NCBI GenBank assembly: GCA_012522585.1 | Contig: JAAYKD010000049.1 | Span: forward strand, 2,808-66,807 | Source: Bacillota bacterium | GTDB lineage: Bacteria; Bacillota; JAAYKD01 | Direction: 5' to 3' | Length of the DNA: 64,000 nucleotides | Part shown: one piece after another, positions 57,865 to 64,000 of the stretch | How the letters are laid out: the number at the start of each line of letters is the position of its first letter | Numbering within the stretch: the first letter of the stretch is position 1 | The notes under the pieces: generated by a model | Seen by the model: the letters and a program-made list of their open reading frames with translations, nothing else | The model's database searches: none | Told to the model about the DNA's origin: nothing | Position numbers and translations under genes: made by a program

Positions 57865-59292
57865 CTATTTAAACATCTGTTTTAATTTGTCTAAGAGGCC
57901 CTTCTTCTCCTCTTTTTGCACTGCTGCCTGCACTTTGGCTGCTTCGATTATTTGCTGGACAGCTTGGCCACTGTTGATCTCCTGTAATCTGGTCAAGAAA
58001 TCTTGATCTTGATCGCCTGCTGCTGCCATGATCTGTTCAAATTTACCATCTTTGAGCATTTCTTGAATAGCAGTTGCATAGCTGACTAAAATTTCAGAGT
58101 TTTGTGATTCAGCTTTTTGCCAAAAGCTCAGAGTATCTTTCAATCTATTCTGCCCCAAAGCCAAAACTCCTTGCAAATAAGTGAATCTGGCTTCTTCAGG
58201 ATGCTTTTCTATTGCATCTTCCAAGGCTTTTTCAGCTTCTTCTATTCTATTCAACTGCTGATTGATTTCAACTATATTGCCTAAGGATTGTTGGTGCAGA
58301 GGGTCAATAGTCAATACTTTTTGCCAGCGCTCCAAGGATTCTTCCATTTTCCCATCAGTATAGTATTGAATGCCCTGATTGGCAATAGCGGGAACATAGA
58401 GAGGATCGATTGCCAGGGTTTTCTCATAATAATCGAGAGCTTCCTGACCACTGCCCTCTTGAGCCGCAGCCAGGCCTAAATTATACATGGCATCGGCTGA
58501 ATTGGGCTCTTTTTCTAGGAGTTCCAGCCATTCTGCTTTAGCGGCTTCCCGATCACCTGAGGCAATATAGGCTTCACCTAAAGATAGCCTGGTGGCATGA
58601 TCTTCCGGATCCGCTTCTTTAGCTAATTTCAAATACTTTAAGCTATCTTCTTGCAAGCCTATAAAGAGATAGGCCATTCCTAAATTGTAATAGACGATGG
58701 GGGAAGCAACACCCAGACTCAAAGCGATGGTACCGTGTCTGATCGAGCTTTCCATATAATTAGCATCAAGATAAGCTGCACTCAAGTTGACATGGGCTTG
58801 AGCATCTTGCTCGTTAAAAGTCAAGATTTTATGCCACTGCTTGATGGCCTCGGCTAAATCCCCTTTACCTAAATACATCTCAGCTAAACCGGAATAATAT
58901 TGAGGCATTTCATCGTTGATTTTGATAGCCTGATTGAATTGATGAATAGCCATGTCCCACATGCCCTTCATCCCATAAATTTTACCGATAAAGTAGATGG
59001 CATTGTCGTGGCGCTTATTCAATTCAACAGTTTTCTTCCACATATCGACTGCTTCGTCTGGTTTGCCCAACTCTGCGTAGCAAATGCCGGCTAAATAGGC
59101 GGCGCTAACAAAACGGGGATCCAATTCGAAAGCACGCAAAAATCCAGAAAGAGCCTGATCAAATTGGCCTAATTCCATTCGGGCCACTGCCAAATCGTGA
59201 TGGGCCTCCTTGCTGCGAGGATTTTTGGCAATTTGTCTTTCCATATCTTCTATGATTTTTTGAATCTGTTCTCTGGTTAATCTCATGGACAT
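57865..59292 (-). CDS. Tetratricopeptide (TPR) repeat protein
   Basis: 475 aa with more than 10 tandem TPR units (…LG..DEA…Y.KAL.LDP…). Confidence 0.75.
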   Translation of the reverse strand: MSMRLTREQIQKIIEDMERQIAKNPRSKEAHHDLAVARMELGQFDQALSGFLRAFELDPRFVSAAYLAGICYAELGKPDEAVDMWKKTVELNKRHDNAIYFIGKIYGMKGMWDMAIHQFNQAIKINDEMPQYYSGLAEMYLGKGDLAEAIKQWHKILTFNEQDAQAHVNLSAAYLDANYMESSIRHGTIALSLGVASPIVYYNLGMAYLFIGLQEDSLKYLKLAKEADPEDHATRLSLGEAYIASGDREAAKAEWLELLEKEPNSADAMYNLGLAAAQEGSGQEALDYYEKTLAIDPLYVPAIANQGIQYYTDGKMEESLERWQKVLTIDPLHQQSLGNIVEINQQLNRIEEAEKALEDAIEKHPEEARFTYLQGVLALGQNRLKDTLSFWQKAESQNSEILVSYATAIQEMLKDGKFEQIMAAAGDQDQDFLTRLQEINSGQAVQQIIEAAKVQAAVQKEEKKGLLDKLKQMFK

Positions 59293-59404
59293 GATGAAGC
59301 CTCCTTACAAGCATTATATATTCAAGATATAGATGCTTGTTCCTCTAAAGATATATAAACATACATAATATAACACATAAGGGTTCCTTTGGCAAAAGAA
59401 TAAA

Positions 59405-60391
59405 TCACCTTTCTCCTTGATCATAAGGTTGCCCGGCAGCCTGAGGAGCTGAAGATGATTGGCTGGAAAAAATCAGAACAATCAGGGTCGCTATATAGGG
59501 CACCATTTTGTAAACCTCGCTGGAAATCGGCAGTTTGGCTAAGAACAAAACTGAAGATGAGGAGGCTGAAATGGTTTTCATAAAACCGAAGAAAATAGCA
59601 GCTGCAAAGACTTTGAGAGGATTCCATTGGCCGAAGATTAAAACAGCCAAGGCCAAAAAGCCATAGCCTCCCACAGTGGCGTTGAAATTGGTTGAAGTGG
59701 GTATGACCAAGACTAATCCGCCAATCCCGCCTAGGATTCCTGAAATCAAAACACCGGCGTAGCGCATCTTATAGACATTGATTCCGACGGAATCGGCCGC
59801 TTGCGGATGTTCACCACAAGCCCTTAAACGCAGACCAAAGCGAGTTTTATAAAGTAAAACCCAGGAGACTATCAATAACAACAAACACAAATAGGAAGTA
59901 ATATAGGTGTTTTTAAAAAACATCGGGCCAAGCAAAGGCAGATCGCCTAAAAGAGGCACTGAAGCTATGCGAAATTGATTTTTAAAAGGTATTTGTTGAA
60001 CTGTTCGGCCGATCACTTTGGTTGTAGCCAGTCGACCTACGAAGATGGCAAAAGGGGTTGATGCCAGGTTTAAGGCGGTGCCACTGATCACCTGGTCGGC
60101 CTTTAAGTGAATCGCGGCATAAGCATGAAAGAGAGAATAGACTAAGCCCGCCAGGCCGGCTACCAAAACAGCCGCCAGCAAAAGAAGATGGCCGGCAAAC
60201 TCAGTGTAATTTTGCATATAAAAGATGAAGAGAACCCCGGCCAGAGCCCCCATGACCATGATGCCTTCTAGAGCTATATTGACGACACCACTGCGTTCGG
60301 AAAACAAACCGCCTAAAGCTACGATTAAAAGAGGCATGGAAAAATACATCATCTGCTGAAAAAGGAAAAAGAGTAAATCTAGACCAGTCAC
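59405..60391 (-). CDS. ABC transporter permease (nucleoside/BMP-type, NupQ-like)
   Basis: 328 aa, about 8 TM, branched-chain-type permease. ATGA overlap with the upstream permease gene. Confidence 0.8.
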   Translation of the reverse strand: MTGLDLLFFLFQQMMYFSMPLLIVALGGLFSERSGVVNIALEGIMVMGALAGVLFIFYMQNYTEFAGHLLLLAAVLVAGLAGLVYSLFHAYAAIHLKADQVISGTALNLASTPFAIFVGRLATTKVIGRTVQQIPFKNQFRIASVPLLGDLPLLGPMFFKNTYITSYLCLLLLIVSWVLLYKTRFGLRLRACGEHPQAADSVGINVYKMRYAGVLISGILGGIGGLVLVIPTSTNFNATVGGYGFLALAVLIFGQWNPLKVFAAAIFFGFMKTISASSSSVLFLAKLPISSEVYKMVPYIATLIVLIFSSQSSSAPQAAGQPYDQGER

Positions 60392-61542
60392 TTTTCTATC
60401 CCCTCCTCTATTTTGTTCTCAGCACTTTCTGCTAAGTCGGCTTCCACAAACCCTTCGCTGACTATTTTTTCCCGCCCGGAAAAGAGATTGAGCAAACGAG
60501 TGCGGAAGAGCAGAGCAAAAGCACTGAAATAGATGATAGCTGCTATGATAATATTAATGATTTCCTGGTCATAATTGAGCAATTGCAGATTGAAGCCTCC
60601 GACCTTGATATAGGCAATAAAAATACCTGCGGCCAGAATACCAAAGGGCTGACTCATGCCTAAGAGAGCTACGGAGATACCGTCAAAACCTTCGTTGGCG
60701 ATCAGGTCAATCACTTTAATGTATTTACCAGAACCGGACAGATAAAGAAGACCGCCACCTAAGCCGGACAAAGCTCCGGAAATCATCATGGAATAGACAA
60801 TATTCCTTTTGGCATTGATACCGGCATAGAGACCTGCATCCAAATTAAAGCCACAGGCTTTTAATTCGTAACCGAAGGTTGTCTTTTCTAGGATAACATA
60901 GACTAAGACGACGAAAATCAGGACAATCAGGATTCCCCCGTTCATGCTCGAATAGGGAAAAATTTTATCCAAGCCCCATTTAGGCACATTGGCCGAGGCC
61001 ATGACGGGCAAACTTTCATTTTTATACTTATTGTAAACAGTGGCCTTGACCAGCATATTGACGGCACTCATGCTAATATAATTCATCATGATCGAGGTTA
61101 TGACTTCGTTAACATTGCGCACAGCTTTTAAAAAGCCGGGTAAAAAGCCCCAAATGGCCCCAGCCAGCAGGGAAGCCAAGAGAGCCACCATCCAATGAAT
61201 GGAGGCGGGCAGGCCTTTTAAATTTACCCCCACATAGACAGCCGCAAAAGCTCCGATGCTAAACTGACCTGAGGCACCGATATTAAAGAGCCCCGTCTTA
61301 AAAGCAAAGCCTACAGCCAAACCTGTCATGATAATTGGTGTGGCATAATAAAGAACTTGCCCCATTCCGGCCAAGCCCTTGTTTAAACCACCCTTGAAGA
61401 TTATCAGAATACCAGCCAGAGCTTGCTGGTAATTTACTGTCAGCAAGATCAAGAAGCCTAAAATGAAACCGGCCATGATAGCCATGATAGAAGGTGCAAC
61501 AGCTAACAGAAAGTTCTTAGATTTATCTCGCAAATTCTGCAC
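60388..61542 (-). CDS. ABC transporter permease (NupP-like)
   Basis: 384 aa polytopic protein. Overlaps the ATPase gene by 20 nt. Confidence 0.8.
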   Translation of the reverse strand: MQNLRDKSKNFLLAVAPSIMAIMAGFILGFLILLTVNYQQALAGILIIFKGGLNKGLAGMGQVLYYATPIIMTGLAVGFAFKTGLFNIGASGQFSIGAFAAVYVGVNLKGLPASIHWMVALLASLLAGAIWGFLPGFLKAVRNVNEVITSIMMNYISMSAVNMLVKATVYNKYKNESLPVMASANVPKWGLDKIFPYSSMNGGILIVLIFVVLVYVILEKTTFGYELKACGFNLDAGLYAGINAKRNIVYSMMISGALSGLGGGLLYLSGSGKYIKVIDLIANEGFDGISVALLGMSQPFGILAAGIFIAYIKVGGFNLQLLNYDQEIINIIIAAIIYFSAFALLFRTRLLNLFSGREKIVSEGFVEADLAESAENKIEEGIEK

Positions 61543-63055
61543 CCACTTTCAAACCGGCCATATAAAGGCCCAATTCTTCCACCGTAACCTCTTTGGGATC
61601 CAGGTCAGCCACCAAAGCTCCTTCGAAAATTACCAGAATACGGTCGCTCACATCCAAAACTTCGTCCAATTCCAAAGACACCAAGAGCACGCCCTTATCA
61701 GCACTGCGCTGTCTGATCAGCTGCTCGTGAATGAATTCTATGGCTCCCACATCCAAACCTCGAGTGGGTTGAACAGCAATTAAAAGTTCTGGGTCTAAAT
61801 CCAATTCCCTGGCCAAGATTGCTTTTTGCTGATTACCTCCGGACATGCTGCGAGCCTTGGTCCGCCCTCCGAGGGCAGATCGTATGTCGTATTTACCGAT
61901 TAACTCTCGGGCATAATTTTCAATCACGGAAAATTTTAAAAAGCCACGATTGGAAAAGGGCTCCCTGTTATAACTATGTAAGACTAGATTCTCATCGAGG
62001 CGGTAATCCAAGACCAGCCCGTGTTTATGTCTGTCTTCAGGGATATGAGCAAAGCCCAGCTCCGTCTTCCTCTTGGTAGGCAAATTGGTCACATCCTGGC
62101 CTTTGTAATAGATGCGCCCCCCATCTATGGAGAGCAAGCCGGTCAAAGCGTAAACCAAAGGGCTTTGACCGTTCCCGTCAATACCGGCAATGCAGACAAT
62201 TTCTCCTTTAGCGACTGAAAAGGAAATATCGTTGACTAAATTTTTACCTGTGGTCGGGCTTTTCACCACCAAGTTTTCCACCCTTAAAATTTGCTCACCT
62301 AATTCTTGCTCGGGTTTGGCAACTTGGAAATTGACAGTTCGCCCTACCATGAGGCGGGACATCTCAGTTTTATCTGTTGTAGGCACGTCGACAGTGGCTA
62401 CTTTAACACCTTTTCGTAAGATGGTACAGCGGTCTGCCACTTCTTTGATTTCATTTAATTTGTGAGTGATAAAGAGAATGGTTTTACCTTCAGCCGTCAA
62501 CTCTCTCATGATCTTCATCAATTCTCGAATTTCTTGAGGCGTCAAGACGGCAGTCGGTTCATCAAAAATCAGTATTCTATTATCCCGATAGAGCATCTTC
62601 AAGATTTCTACTCTTTGCTGCATGCCAACTGTAATCTCCGAAATTAAGGCATCTGGGTCGATTCTCAATTGATATTTTTGACTCAACTCCAAAACCTTTT
62701 CCTTGGCTTCCTCCATTTTTAGAAATCCTCGGCTGGTAGTTTCCACTCCCAGAACGATATTTTCCAAAACGGTGAAATTGTGGACCAGCTTGAAATGCTG
62801 ATGCACCATACCAATACCCAAAGCGTTGGCATCGTTAGGATTGCGAATTTCCACCGGCTCATTGTCAATTAGAATCTGACCTGAATCAGGCTTATAGAGA
62901 CCGAATAAAATGCTGACTAAAGTCGATTTACCGGCACCATTCTCGCCTAAAAGAGCGTGGATCTCCCCTGGCTTCAATTGCAGGGTGACATCATCATTGG
63001 CTACTATACCGGGAAAACTCTTTGTTATCTGGCGCATCTCTATGATATAACTCAC
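61523..63055 (-). CDS. ABC transporter ATP-binding protein with duplicated NBDs (NupO-like)
   Basis: Two Walker A motifs (GENGAGKST and GIDGNGQS). AAGAGGTG sits 5 nt before the GTG at 63055; the ORF-track start at 63103 has no RBS. Confidence 0.8.
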   Translation of the reverse strand: MSYIIEMRQITKSFPGIVANDDVTLQLKPGEIHALLGENGAGKSTLVSILFGLYKPDSGQILIDNEPVEIRNPNDANALGIGMVHQHFKLVHNFTVLENIVLGVETTSRGFLKMEEAKEKVLELSQKYQLRIDPDALISEITVGMQQRVEILKMLYRDNRILIFDEPTAVLTPQEIRELMKIMRELTAEGKTILFITHKLNEIKEVADRCTILRKGVKVATVDVPTTDKTEMSRLMVGRTVNFQVAKPEQELGEQILRVENLVVKSPTTGKNLVNDISFSVAKGEIVCIAGIDGNGQSPLVYALTGLLSIDGGRIYYKGQDVTNLPTKRKTELGFAHIPEDRHKHGLVLDYRLDENLVLHSYNREPFSNRGFLKFSVIENYARELIGKYDIRSALGGRTKARSMSGGNQQKAILARELDLDPELLIAVQPTRGLDVGAIEFIHEQLIRQRSADKGVLLVSLELDEVLDVSDRILVIFEGALVADLDPKEVTVEELGLYMAGLKVGAEFAR

Positions 63056-63089
63056 GAATTCACCTCTTTTAACCCATATATTCTGATTA

Positions 63090-63136
63090 AAAGTATAAAG
63101 CACTAAGAGCAGTTTGGCAACTGCTCTTAGTGCTTG
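63090..63136 (-). terminator. Intra-operon hairpin (partial terminator) between the substrate-binding-protein gene and the ATPase gene
   Basis: aagcactaagagcag-tttggcaa-ctgctcttagtgctt, a perfect 15-bp stem followed by a weak T-tract. Confidence 0.5.
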
Positions 63137-63156
63137 AACTTTTAAATTTTAATTTT

Positions 63157-64000
63157 CTATTCTATAACAATGACCTTGGTGCGGGCTGTGCTCAGCTCAG
63201 CAGGAGAATCAGCATCCATATCTGTTAAGATTTCAATTTCCTCGTCGACTAACTTAGCATAGATTGCATCGTAATCTTCTTGAGTGAAGTTTTCAAATTT
63301 GGATGTTTCCATGGGAATGCCTACGCCAACTGATTTGGCATCGACAATTAAAGTTGCACCGCCGGCAAACTCTTCATTATAGAACTCAGTCAAAGAATCG
63401 TAGACGGATTTGGTCAGATTCTTGGTGGCAGAAGTGATTACTGTTTCCGATTCGCTGGATTGGTCTACGTCAACACCGACAACATATTTTTCGGTTGCTT
63501 CGGCAGCTGCCATAACGGAATCACCTAAAGCACCGCCACAAGCGAAGATAACGTCGGTTCCGGCTGAATACCAACCGGATGCCATGGTTTGAGCTTCGGG
63601 GGTTGCTTCAAATTTACCGGTATAATTATAATTGACTTCAATTGCATTGTCTTCTAAACCTAGAATTTCGGCAGCATAATCAGCACCTTGGACAAAGCCA
63701 TAACCAAAACGAACAACTGCAGGAACTGCTTGTCCGCCCATGAAGCCTAAATTACGATGACCGTCCAGGACGGTGGCATAACCGGCTAAGAAACCGGCTT
63801 CATGCTCAGCATAGAGAATCGGTTTTACATTTTCGTTGGTCTCAAATGTTTCCCAATCTTCAGTGTGAGGTTCCCCATCTAGCAAAACAAAATAGATATC
63901 TGGATATGTATTCTGTGCTTCATAAATTGCTACTTCAAAGTTAAAGCCCGGGCAGATGATAATTTCTGCTCCACCCTCTATTGCTAAATCGATTGAAGCT
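63157..64000 (-). CDS. BMP-family (Med/PnrA/NupN-like) nucleoside-binding lipoprotein; the 5' end of the gene lies beyond the window edge
   Basis: The frame stays open to position 64000 (…IICPGFNFEVAIYEAQNTYPDIYFVLLDGEPH…). The ORF-track 'start' at 63885 is an internal TTG. Confidence 0.75.
   Translation of the reverse strand, partial: ASIDLAIEGGAEIIICPGFNFEVAIYEAQNTYPDIYFVLLDGEPHTEDWETFETNENVKPILYAEHEAGFLAGYATVLDGHRNLGFMGGQAVPAVVRFGYGFVQGADYAAEILGLEDNAIEVNYNYTGKFEATPEAQTMASGWYSAGTDVIFACGGALGDSVMAAAEATEKYVVGVDVDQSSESETVITSATKNLTKSVYDSLTEFYNEEFAGGATLIVDAKSVGVGIPMETSKFENFTQEDYDAIYAKLVDEEIEILTDMDADSPAELSTARTKVIVIE

Noticed and set aside
1-64000. Mobile elements, prophage, rRNA or tRNA genes
   Set aside because: No transposase, integrase, recombinase or phage structural ORFs were found, and there are no inverted terminal repeats. 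No intergenic gap has tRNA-like T-arm/anticodon features or rRNA-like conservation. Gene content is metabolic and housekeeping throughout.

Overview
This 64 kb window looks like chromosomal DNA from a low-GC, Firmicutes/Clostridia-type anaerobe. The evidence for that is strong AAGGAG/GGAGG ribosome-binding sites, GTG/TTG starts, frequent ATGA stop/start overlaps, and a ~50 kb run of genes all on the minus strand. I found no rRNA, tRNA, CRISPR array, transposase or integrase.

The centrepiece is a complete 11-gene lysine-fermentation operon on the minus strand, 37449..47505. In transcription order it is kal, kce, kdd, kamA, kamD, kamE, thl, crt, hbd, ctfA, ctfB. It is preceded by a near-consensus sigma-A promoter and a lysine riboswitch (L-box). 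The riboswitch's 3' P1 strand is also the 5' arm of a downstream intrinsic terminator, so lysine binding should prevent termination (an ON switch).

Immediately upstream, and co-directional, is an operon of four genes:
- signal peptidase I (lepB)
- a stand-alone Smr-domain protein
- a P-loop NTPase of unknown family
- a MutS2-like core/ATPase protein that lacks its Smr domain

These look like a split MutS2. They could be an ATP-dependent reactivase for the B12-dependent lysine 5,6-aminomutase, or a ribosome-rescue module.

Other notable content:
- A tandemly duplicated MacB/FtsX-type ABC exporter. Each copy has a permease with a large extracytoplasmic loop (A) and a permease with a cytoplasmic C-terminal barrel-sandwich/lipoyl-like domain (B). 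There is only one ATPase gene for the two sets, and a PLP-dependent threonine/serine dehydratase gene sits between them.
- An hslO-linked pair of unusual proteins: an 800-aa protein with a basic N-terminus, coiled coil and degenerate beta-CASP/MBL C-terminus, and a zinc-finger, highly acidic, C-terminally tail-anchored protein carrying a 108-bp tandem repeat.
- A DUF123 (GIY-YIG-like)-nitroreductase fusion gene.
- A GlmL/MutL-family ASKHA ATPase with a partner gene.
- A PspA/IM30 gene with a membrane coiled-coil partner.
- A split chrA pair, pckA, nth, ansA, pepF, an S9 peptidase, and a nupNOPQ-like nucleoside ABC transporter that is cut off at the right edge of the window.

Several rho-independent terminators, many of them bidirectional, and several near-consensus promoters can be read directly from the sequence.
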